Positions 45,247 through 53,882 of a stretch of 54,866 bases of DNA are shown here, one piece after another. The notes under the pieces are model-generated. The model did no database searches. It was not told the DNA's origin and saw only the letters and a program-made list of their open reading frames with translations. Position numbers and translations under genes: made by a program. This stretch comes from a virus (lineage: Duplodnaviria; Caudoviricetes). How positions within the stretch are numbered: position 1 is the first letter of the stretch; every line of letters starts with the position of its first letter. The stretch is from positions 1 to 54,866 of IMG/VR virus record IMGVR_UViG_3300013093_000004; one strand, 5' to 3'.

Positions 45247-46336
45247 GGGGCACCGCCGGCAGACCGTTGTGCTCGACGCCGTCCAGCAGGCGGCCGGCGC
45301 GCGCTTTGCCGACGGCGCTCAACAACGTAACGCTGCGTCCATGGCCGGCGTATGCCCGCCTTGGATTTATCATCTCGATCGCGCCACACGCACAATCACG
45401 AGCCCCATCAGCGATCGGGATCGTATAACTATCCGGCGCCCACTCTCCCCACTGCTTAAAATGAAACGGCACGCCAGCGGCGGCGCACTGGTCGCGCAGC
45501 GATCGAGCCCAGTCCGGGTGCATCGGTCGGGCGCCGGGGCCGCTTTCGCCGCCGACGATTACCCAGTCGATAGTTGGGTCAAACGCCCAATTTCCATCAG
45601 CGGACGGAATTGAATACCGCCATGATGCGTCAGATGGGCAATTTTGGCACCGATATTCCGGTTCGCCACCGCAGCAGGCACCGGTTGGGTCAAGCCATTG
45701 CAACAAATCGATTTCGCCCAGCAGTGGTTCGCATGACAGGAACCGCACCCATGCCGGCGTAGCCAGCAAGTCGGGGATTCGTTCTTCGGCGCGCTGCTGG
45801 TCCTCGACGCTGACACCAAGCCAGACATTCGGGAGCGGCCACCATGCAGCGCCTGGCCGAATGTGCGGCAGCGGCACCACCACGAGTTTGTCGCCGCGCT
45901 CACGCCTGATCTTGATTGCCGCGTCGGCGATGCGACCTACCGCCCCGGCCATGTATTCCCGCATCCGCGCGCTGCGCTTGGTCAGGATCATGTGCGTGTG
46001 GTGCGGGGTCAGCGCGCAGACCGCAAAAACCCGGTCGATCCATGCGTCGGGCACCGCCAGGTGAAACAGATCGCCGTGCGCGTTCCAGAAAATCCGGCGC
46101 GGGCGTTTCCATGCCAGCGGTTGCATCAGCGCCGGCTCGTGCAAGCGCACGCGGCCGCTCCACACCGGTCCGGCTTTGGTGTCGATCGTCAATCCTTCGC
46201 GGGTCGGGTGGTGCTTCAACCGCGTGCCGGCAAGGCGCATGGCGTAGCAGTTCGTGCAGCCCGGCGAGACCACCGAGCAACCGTTGATGGCGTTGACCGT
46301 GGCATCGGCCCATTCGATTTTGGTGTTGTCGGACAT
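45239..46336 (-). CDS. DUF5131 / phage Gp37-Gp68 family (CxxxxxxCxxC, radical-SAM-like)
   Basis: TKIEWAD..NAINGCSVVSPGCTNCYA, LTKR, NVWLGVSVE, SCEPLLG, WVIVGGESG, FHFKQWG. Confidence 0.92.
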   Translation of the reverse strand: MSDNTKIEWADATVNAINGCSVVSPGCTNCYAMRLAGTRLKHHPTREGLTIDTKAGPVWSGRVRLHEPALMQPLAWKRPRRIFWNAHGDLFHLAVPDAWIDRVFAVCALTPHHTHMILTKRSARMREYMAGAVGRIADAAIKIRRERGDKLVVVPLPHIRPGAAWWPLPNVWLGVSVEDQQRAEERIPDLLATPAWVRFLSCEPLLGEIDLLQWLDPTGACCGGEPEYRCQNCPSDASWRYSIPSADGNWAFDPTIDWVIVGGESGPGARPMHPDWARSLRDQCAAAGVPFHFKQWGEWAPDSYTIPIADGARDCACGAIEMINPRRAYAGHGRSVTLLSAVGKARAGRLLDGVEHNGLPAVPHA

Positions 46337-46339
46337 CGC

Positions 46340-46864
46340 TCAGGCCTCCCAATCGGCGGCCAGCAGCGCATCGAGCGGCTGGGGATCAGGGTCGCTGGCC
46401 GTGATCTGGTCAGGCGGGGACAGCTCGCGCAGGTATTGCTGAGCGGCGTCCAGGGCGCGCATGGTCGCATTCAGCTTGCCAACGACCACGCCAAGGTAAA
46501 CGTGGTCCAGATCGGGCAAATCAGCGACTTGCGCGATCGGGATTAACGCGCCGACAGCGCCAACCAATTCGGCGAGCATGGCGTTGGCGCGATCACGATC
46601 CTGTTCGGCGATCGAGGCTTTGCTGGCCAGCTCGTCGGCGGCGGCGCGCTGCGCGGCCAGCGTGGTGTCTGCCTGCATCTGATGCCAGATCAACGCCGCC
46701 TGCGCGGCGGTTTTGGCGCCGATGGAACGCATCAAGTTGGCGCGGTGGATTTCGACCGTGCGACGGCTGATGCCGAAAGCGTGCGCGATCTGCTTGTTTT
46801 GCTGACCAGCAGCCAGCAGTTCGAGCACCTGGCGCTGGCGCTGCGGCAATTCGTCCAGGGTCAT
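46340..46864 (-). CDS. LuxR/FixJ-type HTH regulator with coiled-coil tail
   Basis: RQRQVLELLAAGQQNKQIA..GISRRTVEIHRANLM. Confidence 0.85.
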   Translation of the reverse strand: MTLDELPQRQRQVLELLAAGQQNKQIAHAFGISRRTVEIHRANLMRSIGAKTAAQAALIWHQMQADTTLAAQRAAADELASKASIAEQDRDRANAMLAELVGAVGALIPIAQVADLPDLDHVYLGVVVGKLNATMRALDAAQQYLRELSPPDQITASDPDPQPLDALLAADWEA

Positions 46865-46886
46865 GATTGGCGCTTTCGATGTCGGT

Positions 46887-47108
46887 TCAATCGGCGATTT
46901 CGTATTCGGCGATGTCGAACGGATGGGCCGGCCGACTGATCGACCAGCGCGTGGGCGGCCGACCATCGGCGGCTGGCCAAGAACCGCTGGCGTGGCTGGT
47001 CCAGCCATTGACCAAGCGGACGTGGACGCGGCGATATCCGGTGATTTCGCCGGTTTCTGGGTGGACGATGGCGCAATCGTCCGGGCAGCGGCCGGGATTG
47101 GGGCGCAT
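46887..47108 (-). CDS. Hypothetical protein
   Basis: MRPNPGRCP...TRWSISR..HPFDIAEYE. Confidence 0.6.
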   Translation of the reverse strand: MRPNPGRCPDDCAIVHPETGEITGYRRVHVRLVNGWTSHASGSWPAADGRPPTRWSISRPAHPFDIAEYEIAD

Positions 47109-47109
47109 G

Positions 47110-47319
47110 TCATTGCCCGGCGCCCTGCAGTGTCAGCAGCTTGCTGACCTCATGACGCATGGCAAATGCATCGTCGCGCTCGCCGCGTTCGAAACACTGC
47201 GCCTCGACCTCGTGCCCCTTGCCGCGCAGGCGTTCGGCGCAATTGAGGCGTGCGGCGGCCATGATGTGCGCCGGCGCCGAGACAGGCGGCAACGGCGGGA
47301 TCGGGCCGTGGGCGCTCAT
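47110..47319 (-). CDS. Hypothetical protein
   Basis: Operon packing. Confidence 0.55.
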   Translation of the reverse strand: MSAHGPIPPLPPVSAPAHIMAAARLNCAERLRGKGHEVEAQCFERGERDDAFAMRHEVSKLLTLQGAGQ

Positions 47320-47567
47320 TGCGTTGCGCCAATCTTGGAGGAACGCGCGTCCATTTGCCGCCGGCGCCGGGCGATCTCACGCTTGTGCTCGTGCGGATGG
47401 CCGGTGCGGCGGTTGATGCCGGCGGGAATGATTGAATCGCGGCCACGGGCATAGGCGCGCGGGCCAGGGCCAACAATGGACGGTGAAACCCGCAAAGCTG
47501 CGGCGGCGGCATCGGCGGCGGAAAGCGCAAGGCCGGCAAAGCTCATCGGCAAAAACAATTTTCTCAT
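47316..47567 (-). CDS. Hypothetical protein
   Basis: Operon packing. Confidence 0.5.
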   Translation of the reverse strand: MRKLFLPMSFAGLALSAADAAAAALRVSPSIVGPGPRAYARGRDSIIPAGINRRTGHPHEHKREIARRRRQMDARSSKIGATQ

Positions 47568-47608
47568 GATGGTCTTTCAAGACAAGGGTGCGATGGGACC
47601 AAAAGCGC

Positions 47609-47758
47609 TTATGACTGGCGCCCGAACAAACGGCGCCAGAACGACGCGCTGCGGCGGCGCTGCTGCTGGGCAAGCCATTCGCGCATGGGGATTGGGCGCG
47701 GTACCGGCGGGTGCGCCGATCCTTCGCGGGATGAACCGGAAACGCGGGCTGCGGTCAT
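47609..47758 (-). CDS. Small basic protein
   Basis: GGAGG RBS; ends SFWRRLFGRQS. Confidence 0.5.
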   Translation of the reverse strand: MTAARVSGSSREGSAHPPVPRPIPMREWLAQQQRRRSASFWRRLFGRQS

Positions 47759-47904
47759 TGCGGACCTCCGAGGGCGTAAGTTGTCCAGAAAATGAGCGCG
47801 ACGGCGAAAGCGATCAGCAGGCCCATGCCGATGATGCCAGCAACCGATGCGCAGACCAGGCCGGCATCGCGAGAGTCGGCCATGACGCGGCGGATGGCGT
47901 TCAT
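47755..47904 (-). CDS. Small TM protein (49 aa; not in ORF track)
   Basis: GGAGG RBS; MNAIRRV...IIGMGLLIAFAVALIFW. Confidence 0.5.
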   Translation of the reverse strand: MNAIRRVMADSRDAGLVCASVAGIIGMGLLIAFAVALIFWTTYALGGPQ

Positions 47905-48248
47905 GACCGGCCCTCCGCCTTGGCAATGGCGGCACGGGCGGCGATGATCGCGGGGATCAGATCACCGCAGCCCGGAATATGACCGAGCAGCGCGGGGAGC
48001 TCACCGTCGGTAACGTTGGGCGATACCAGCGCGGCAACTATCTGGGTCGCCGCAGCCAGCAAGTCGGGCGCTGCGGCGGCCAATACGCCATCAGGCCGAT
48101 TGAATGACCCAAGCGGGCCGCATTGGACGCTGATTTTTACGCGGTCCAGCCCGTGTTCGGGCGAGATGACGTGATCGCGGATAGACCATGGCGGGGGTGT
48201 GCGCTGAGCGTTTGCCCGCACATCATCGATTGATTGCAGCCGGGTCAT
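47901..48248 (-). CDS. Phage protein (TPxPW...AAAPDLL family)
   Basis: TPPPWS...LAAAAPDLLAA...ARAAIAKAEG. Confidence 0.7.
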   Translation of the reverse strand: MTRLQSIDDVRANAQRTPPPWSIRDHVISPEHGLDRVKISVQCGPLGSFNRPDGVLAAAAPDLLAAATQIVAALVSPNVTDGELPALLGHIPGCGDLIPAIIAARAAIAKAEGRS

Positions 48249-48472
48249 GACGTGATCACCCGGGCGAGGCCCTTCAGCGTGTCGGGGCTGATGCCGATAT
48301 CGGCAAAAGCGGCCAGCATGCGGCCCTTTGCTTCAAAGTGGTGGGTCCGGTTGCCGCCGACGGTGCGGTAATGTTCGCCCACGGCGGCAATGATCGCCTC
48401 TGCCAACGGCGAAAGCGTCGCGGCTGGGCGCGATGGCGCCGGTGGCGTCGAAATGGATCGAGCGGGTTGCAT
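48245..48472 (-). CDS. First gene of leftward early operon, hypothetical
   Basis: GGAGGTGA RBS. Confidence 0.6.
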   Translation of the reverse strand: MQPARSISTPPAPSRPAATLSPLAEAIIAAVGEHYRTVGGNRTHHFEAKGRMLAAFADIGISPDTLKGLARVITS

Positions 48473-48510
48473 CGGGTCACCTCCATCGCCGCGATTGCGG
48501 TGATGGGGTG

Positions 48511-48562
48511 AGATTACGATTACCGTAAAATTACGTCAAGCCGGTTTTTACGGATTCCGTAA
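48511..48562 (-). promoter_or_regulatory. PL-like promoter with two operators
   Basis: Minus-strand TTGACG(48539-48534)-N17-TAATCT(48516-48511); TTACG-N5-CGTAA at 48514 and 48548. Confidence 0.85.
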
Positions 48563-49426
48563 TTACAGGCCGACAGTAGCCGTCATGGCAAGAAAATCGG
48601 TTTCGGCGATGATGCGGACAGGGTGGCCGGCGGCTTGCATCGCCTCTGCCTTGCGGTGTTTCGAACTTTTGGCGTGGCCGGCCAGTTTCGACAGATCCTG
48701 ATCCCCGACCACCAGCATGGTGGTTCGTTCTGTCACCAGACTGTCGACAACAGCGCCCATGCGATGCGCCAGATCAGCGGCAGTGTTGCGCTGGAAAACC
48801 AGCTTTCCAGTGAACACCACGGTTTCACCGTGCAATGGACCTTCGTCGCCGGCTGGGCGTTTGACCGAGTTGCGATCTTGGGCCGTGATTGGATTGCGCT
48901 GGTGATTGATCCAGTCGGCGATCGTCAGACCGCTATCGCGAACGGCGTGCAGAAAAATGTGGCCTGCCGCGCGTGCATCGTGTTCGGCGTCATGGTGCTG
49001 AAACGCGAGGCCAAGGCGATCGGCCAGCGGGCGCAAGCCATAGCCCCGCTGCGCAACATCTGGCCAAGTTCGCCGCGCCACCTTTGCGCTGTCGATCCAG
49101 ATGCATTCAATCGAAGGCAATCCAGCGTGTGCGCAAGCCTGCTGAATCGATACGCGGTCAAAATGGGTGTGATGCACGACGATCGCGCCTTGCAGCGCAG
49201 AAGCCAAGCCAGTGTGATAGTCGGAGAAGATCGGCGCCTCTGCGACGGCGGCGGCATCGATCCCGTGGATCGAAACATTGACCGGGTCGAACCAGGTCTG
49301 CGGATCGATCAACCAATTGTGCGAACCCACCTCGTTGCCTGCTTCGTCGAATACGACCAACCCGATCTGGCAAATGCTGCCCATGAAAGCGTTGGCAGTT
49401 TCCACATCGAGCGCGACGAAGCCCAT
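48563..49426 (-). CDS. DEDDh 3'-5' exonuclease fused to BRCT domain
   Basis: FVALDVET, HH..FD, HHDAEHDA; BRCT GETVVFTG...KSSKHRKA...IIAETDF. Confidence 0.9.
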   Translation of the reverse strand: MGFVALDVETANAFMGSICQIGLVVFDEAGNEVGSHNWLIDPQTWFDPVNVSIHGIDAAAVAEAPIFSDYHTGLASALQGAIVVHHTHFDRVSIQQACAHAGLPSIECIWIDSAKVARRTWPDVAQRGYGLRPLADRLGLAFQHHDAEHDARAAGHIFLHAVRDSGLTIADWINHQRNPITAQDRNSVKRPAGDEGPLHGETVVFTGKLVFQRNTAADLAHRMGAVVDSLVTERTTMLVVGDQDLSKLAGHAKSSKHRKAEAMQAAGHPVRIIAETDFLAMTATVGL

Positions 49427-49791
49427 CAAATTCGCCCGGAACAATCGGCGATCGCGAAGCGCCCCGATGAATGACTGGCGCGTGCCAACCGGCCATCAAT
49501 CAAGATCTGGCATTCGATGTAATCTTCGTCGGCTTGATCGAGCTGCGCCGACAGGAACACCCGGTCGCCGCTGGTGACGATGTCATCCTGGGACCAGGGC
49601 AGAAAAACGCCAAGTTCGTCCATACCGCCCGATTTGTTGACCATGCGGACCTTGGCGATCTCGCTCGGCAAATCAGGATGCTCTTTTTTCCAATCCGGCG
49701 AACCGATCACGCGGTATGTGATTTTGTGCTGCGTCGGGCTGCAAGAGATGAGGGCAAGCGACAATCCGGCGAGTGCCAAGCCCGCGCGCAT
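49426..49791 (-). CDS. Lipoprotein with MmpS-like beta-sandwich
   Basis: Lipobox LALISC; ITYRVIG...PWS...IECQILIDG...DC. Confidence 0.65.
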   Translation of the reverse strand: MRAGLALAGLSLALISCSPTQHKITYRVIGSPDWKKEHPDLPSEIAKVRMVNKSGGMDELGVFLPWSQDDIVTSGDRVFLSAQLDQADEDYIECQILIDGRLARASHSSGRFAIADCSGRI

Positions 49792-49792
49792 G

Positions 49793-50398
49793 TCAAAGAC
49801 CCGCGCTGCTGCCATAGGCCACCACCCGGCCGACAACGGTGATCGGATGATCACCGATTACGATCGGCTGGTGCACCGGGTTGTGCGAATCCGGCGCAAA
49901 GCGCGCCGGTGATTCCTGGTACCGCTTCACGGTGCCCTCTCCGCCTCCATTCATGATCAGATAGACCCGGCCAGGGTAAAGATCGCGCTGATCAGGATCA
50001 ATGATCGCCCAGCAGCCGTGTGGCATGACACGATCCATGCTGTCGCCATAGACTTCGACCGCAAATGCTTGGTTTTCGCCTTTCACGCGCAATCTGGGGA
50101 TGTGATACACCGGCAACTCGACAGCTTCCTGCCATGATCCGGCGGCGGCGATACCGATGACCGGGACCATGACCACGTTCGACGGGTCTGCGTTTTCCTG
50201 TTCTGCCTCTCCCAAACCAAGGAATTCGGCCAGCACGTCCATTTCGTGCTGCTGAATCCGGCGGGTGCCCTTTTTGATTTCGGTGATGCGTGACGCCCCG
50301 ACGCCAAGGAAATCGGCGATCTGTTTGCCGGTGAAGCAACGCTTTTCCAACGCGGCCAGCAGCGCGCTGCGAATCTGATCATGCGTCACGATGGCCAT
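49793..50398 (-). CDS. cI: CI-like repressor (HTH + S24 peptidase)
   Basis: QIADFLGVGASRITEI; AAG cleavage-type site; GDSM and TVKR catalytic motifs. Confidence 0.92.
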   Translation of the reverse strand: MAIVTHDQIRSALLAALEKRCFTGKQIADFLGVGASRITEIKKGTRRIQQHEMDVLAEFLGLGEAEQENADPSNVVMVPVIGIAAAGSWQEAVELPVYHIPRLRVKGENQAFAVEVYGDSMDRVMPHGCWAIIDPDQRDLYPGRVYLIMNGGGEGTVKRYQESPARFAPDSHNPVHQPIVIGDHPITVVGRVVAYGSSAGL

Positions 50399-50407
50399 GC
50401 CGGCACA

Positions 50408-50486
50408 TTGCGGAAATCGTAATGCAGATTCTATAACGAACATCGTAATAATCCGGGTTGCTTTGAATTTACGAATATCGTAATTC
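50408..50486. promoter_or_regulatory. OR-like region: three operators and PR
   Basis: TTGCG/TAACG/TTACG-N5-CGTAA at 50408, 50434 and 50469; TTGCTT-N17-TAATTC. Confidence 0.85.
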
Positions 50487-50493
50487 AGCCGTC

Positions 50494-50814
50494 ATGATGA
50501 CTGCGACGCAAATTATCGAAGGGTTGGGCGGCACAGTGCAGGTCGCCAACGCGCTCGGTCTGGCGCCGACCACGGTTTCAAGCTGGAAGTCTGCGAATTC
50601 GATTCCGAAGTGGCGCATGCCTGGCATCGAGCAGCTGGCGCAGGAAAAAGGGTTTGCCCTCGGGTCGCAAGCCGAAGGGCGGGGCGGCGGTTCTGGCAAT
50701 AGCATTGGCACTGCCGATGCGGCCGCCGCCCCTGATGTTTCACCCCCGCCCCCATCCACGGGTGAAGCCGAAGCCGGGGGCGTGCTGCCGTGCGCCCCCG
50801 GCGGAGGCGTTTGA
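50494..50814 (+). CDS. cro: Cro-like repressor
   Basis: IIEGLGGTVQVANALGLAPTTVSSWK..SIP; divergent from cI. Confidence 0.85.
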   Translation: MMTATQIIEGLGGTVQVANALGLAPTTVSSWKSANSIPKWRMPGIEQLAQEKGFALGSQAEGRGGGSGNSIGTADAAAAPDVSPPPPSTGEAEAGGVLPCAPGGGV

Positions 50815-50817
50815 ACG

Positions 50818-50946
50818 ATGCGGGTGGCGCTCGAAATTCTGGGCGGCTGGTTTGCGCTGTCGTGCTTTTGCGCGCTGGTGTGGTGGCGGCTGAGCAAGAT
50901 CGTCGACGTGCATGCGGAACCTTCGGACGATGCGGGGGGCATGTGA
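50818..50946 (+). CDS. Small TM protein (42 aa; not in ORF track)
   Basis: MRVALEILGGWFALSCFCALVWWR. Confidence 0.5.
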   Translation: MRVALEILGGWFALSCFCALVWWRLSKIVDVHAEPSDDAGGM

Positions 50947-51260
50947 TGGATCAGGTTCACCCCTTCCCTTGCACGCGCCGGCAGATGGACCTGTTGCGCT
51001 TCATCGCCGGGTATACCGAGGCGCGCGGGTGTGCGCCGGATTTGCGCGAGATGGCCAATGCAATCGGCCTGGCGACGAAGGGCGGCGTTGTGCGCCTGCT
51101 GACAGGGCTTGAACAGCGAGGCCACGTTGCGCGCGGGCGTTACCGCGAACGCAGCACGGTGGTGCTGAGCAATCCGCCCCTTGCCCGCGCGCCCGACGGC
51201 GCGCCGCTTCATTTCATCCCGGTGGAGTTGCTTGGTTGTCATGGGGGTAGTGATGCCTGA
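50946..51260 (+). CDS. LexA DNA-binding-domain-only protein
   Basis: TRRQMDLLRFI...G.APDLREMA.AIGL.TKGGV.RLL..LEQRG. Confidence 0.82.
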   Translation: MDQVHPFPCTRRQMDLLRFIAGYTEARGCAPDLREMANAIGLATKGGVVRLLTGLEQRGHVARGRYRERSTVVLSNPPLARAPDGAPLHFIPVELLGCHGGSDA

Positions 51261-51717
51261 TCGTTTGCGCCAAGTCCGCCCCGACAATCGATCCAAAATG
51301 GACGTGTCTGCCGCGCTGGCGGCTGGGTGGGCGCGGGTGATCAATGCGATCGGGCGCGGCGCGTTTGCCGATCGGCTGGATGTCGATGGCAAGACCGTTG
51401 GTCGCGCGCTGGCTGGGGATACGCTGCCCGAATTGCACACCGCGTTCAATTCGCTGCGGATCGATCCGACGGCGCTGGATGAATTGGCGGCGCTGTATGG
51501 CGTGGAGATCCGGCCGCGCAAAGCATGCCAGGGCAGCGACATGGCGATGATCGCCGGGTTGGCCCGGCTGGCCGCGCAATGGACCGATGTGATGGCCGAT
51601 GGCGTGCGCGACCACCGCGAGACGGTGGAACTGGCGCGCGCGCTGCGGCCGTTGATGCCGGGGATCAACGCGATCCTGGCCGAAGCTGACCGGCTGACCG
51701 GCGCGGTGGCGGCATGA
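51253..51717 (+). CDS. CII-like regulator
   Basis: HTH FADRLDVDGKTVGRAL; C-terminal ADGVRDHRE. Confidence 0.55.
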   Translation: MPDRLRQVRPDNRSKMDVSAALAAGWARVINAIGRGAFADRLDVDGKTVGRALAGDTLPELHTAFNSLRIDPTALDELAALYGVEIRPRKACQGSDMAMIAGLARLAAQWTDVMADGVRDHRETVELARALRPLMPGINAILAEADRLTGAVAA

Positions 51718-51806
51718 ACAGCCAGCGCCACCAGACCGGGCCGCCCGAATAGCGCGCCACCTGCGCGCAAGCGCGGATCTTGACCCATCATTGTTGGAGA
51801 ATTCCG

Positions 51807-52235
51807 ATGACCGAGCAGCAGAGCGCTGACACCGGCAGATTACCTGCATTTGAAGAAGGCGCGGCTGACGGTCGCGCCCGTTATCCCGCCGTCACCACGC
51901 TGACCGATCTGATCCAGATGCTGAACGATGGAAAGTTCAACCAGGATTGCATCGACAAGCTGGGCGAATTTTCCGCCGACATGGAAGAGATGGGTTGCGA
52001 GACTGATCGCAAGGTCAAGGGCAAAATCGTCCTGACCATTGAGGTCGATCGGGAAACCGACGGCATCTATTTCTTCACCCCCTCGATCGACTTCAAGCTG
52101 CCCAAGGAAAAGGGCCAGCGCACGATCGGCTGGGTCACCTCGGACAACCGGTTCACGCCGAACAAGCCGCATCAGGGCAACCTGTTCGGGACCATCCGCG
52201 AAGTGGGCGGCGAGCGCACGGTGCGCGGCGCCTGA
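51807..52235 (+). CDS. Conserved phage protein upstream of DUF2303
   Basis: GGAG RBS; KGKIVLTI...KLPK...PHQGNLF. Confidence 0.7.
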   Translation: MTEQQSADTGRLPAFEEGAADGRARYPAVTTLTDLIQMLNDGKFNQDCIDKLGEFSADMEEMGCETDRKVKGKIVLTIEVDRETDGIYFFTPSIDFKLPKEKGQRTIGWVTSDNRFTPNKPHQGNLFGTIREVGGERTVRGA

Positions 52236-52266
52236 GCCCCTGCAAGTTCATGAAAGGTAACAGACC

Positions 52267-53214
52267 ATGACCGAGAAAAGCAGCGCCGCGAGTGTGCCGG
52301 CGATTGAAGGTGCGGGCCCGCTGATCCGCGAAGCGTTGGCAGCCGCGCGCGATCATTACCAGGGGACGGTTATCAGTTTGACCGATCCGCGCGATGGTAC
52401 GATCGGCACGGCGATCCTGACGCCCCACGGCGCGAAAGCGATTGATTTGCGCGAGCTCGATGCGTTTCGCGTCAAGCCGATCCACCGCGCCGGCACGGCC
52501 AAGCACACGCGGCTGGACAGCTTCATTGCCCACGTCAATCGATTCAAGGCGCCGAACAGCGCGGTGTTTGCGATCGACAATGCTGCGAGCCCCAAGCTCA
52601 CCGCGGTGTTCGATTATCACCCGGAAGGCCCCGACATCGTCGATGCTCGTTTTGGGGCGCATCGCGCGGTGTACGAATTTCCGCTGTCCGAAGAATGGAA
52701 GGCGTGGTCGAAGGCGAACGGGACGGTCATGTCGATGGCCGATTTTGCGGCATTTCTGGAAGACCACATCGTTGACGTGGTGGCCGATGCGAAGCCGGCA
52801 AGTGCAGCTGCGATGGACTTCATCGCCAAAGTTGGCGGGGACATCGCGGGGCCTTCAAAGCTTATCGAGATCGCTCGAACGCTGCAGGTGAATGAAGCTT
52901 CGACGCTGCGCGAAGCGCGCAATCTTTCGACCGGTGAAACCGAGGTCGTGTTCAATTCAACCCATCTGGATGCCGCCGGCAATAAGCTGGTTGTGCCCAA
53001 TCTGTTCATGATTTGCATTCCGGTGTTCGCCCGGTCGCCCGATTATTGGCAGATTTTGGCGCGGTTCCGGTATCGCAAATCGGGCGAAGGCATCCGCTTC
53101 TGGTTTGAGTTGTGGCGGATCGACCTGGTCTTCGAAGAAGCGTTCGAAGGCGCTTGCAAGGCTGTGGTCGAGCAGACCGGCCTGCCGATGTTTGTCGGCA
53201 CCGCAGAGGTCTGA
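52267..53214 (+). CDS. DUF2303 (YfdQ-like) protein
   Basis: LDSFIAHVNR, AVFDYH, SEEWKAW, FAAFLED, IPVF, ARFRYR. Confidence 0.88.
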   Translation: MTEKSSAASVPAIEGAGPLIREALAAARDHYQGTVISLTDPRDGTIGTAILTPHGAKAIDLRELDAFRVKPIHRAGTAKHTRLDSFIAHVNRFKAPNSAVFAIDNAASPKLTAVFDYHPEGPDIVDARFGAHRAVYEFPLSEEWKAWSKANGTVMSMADFAAFLEDHIVDVVADAKPASAAAMDFIAKVGGDIAGPSKLIEIARTLQVNEASTLREARNLSTGETEVVFNSTHLDAAGNKLVVPNLFMICIPVFARSPDYWQILARFRYRKSGEGIRFWFELWRIDLVFEEAFEGACKAVVEQTGLPMFVGTAEV

Positions 53215-53217
53215 CCC

Positions 53218-53571
53218 GTGGCGCCGTCGTTGATCGCGCTGATCGTTCTGACCGTTGCGCTGGCGATGGGCAGTGGTGCGGCGTTTGTCGTTGCCTGGGT
53301 GGCACAGCGGCGCGCGCAGATGGCGGAAAACGCGGCATTGGAGGCGCGCACGCGCGCAGCCATGCTGGAATCCGCATTGCATGATCAGCGGCGGCGCAAA
53401 TCCGACGCGGTGTCGCGCGGAAATCGCACGCGCGCGGCGAAGCAGGCGGCGCTGCGCAAAGAGCGGCTGGCCGAATTGCAGGATGCGGTCGCGCTGAAGC
53501 GTGCCGGCGGGCAGCACAGCCTGCCGCTGGAACCGGCCCGGCCGGCTGGCGGTGAGGCCAGTGCAGCATGA
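53218..53571 (+). CDS. Hypothetical TM/coiled-coil protein
   Basis: N-terminal hydrophobic helix. Confidence 0.55.
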   Translation: MAPSLIALIVLTVALAMGSGAAFVVAWVAQRRAQMAENAALEARTRAAMLESALHDQRRRKSDAVSRGNRTRAAKQAALRKERLAELQDAVALKRAGGQHSLPLEPARPAGGEASAA

Positions 53572-53882
53572 GCGTGGAACAGCGGCGGCGGCAGATCGAC
53601 GTGTTGCGGGCGTGGTTGCAGCGGCAACTGGGCGACGATGCAGTGATCTATCACCAGAACAGCGCGACGCCGTTGCCCAAGGCAAGCGAAGCGGAGCGGT
53701 TTTCGATCACCGTGCCGGTCGCGGATTCGATCGGGCTGGTGTGGTTGCGCCGCTGGACCGGGCCGGTGCGATCACGGGCGATGGTGCTGATCGTCGTGGC
53801 GATCGAGCCGGAAGGGGTGTTGCGCACGCATGGCCGGACGGCGCGGCGCGACATCGTGGTCCATTATCGAGAGGCGGTATGA
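53568..53882 (+). CDS. Hypothetical protein
   Basis: ATGA overlaps. Confidence 0.55.
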   Translation: MSVEQRRRQIDVLRAWLQRQLGDDAVIYHQNSATPLPKASEAERFSITVPVADSIGLVWLRRWTGPVRSRAMVLIVVAIEPEGVLRTHGRTARRDIVVHYREAV

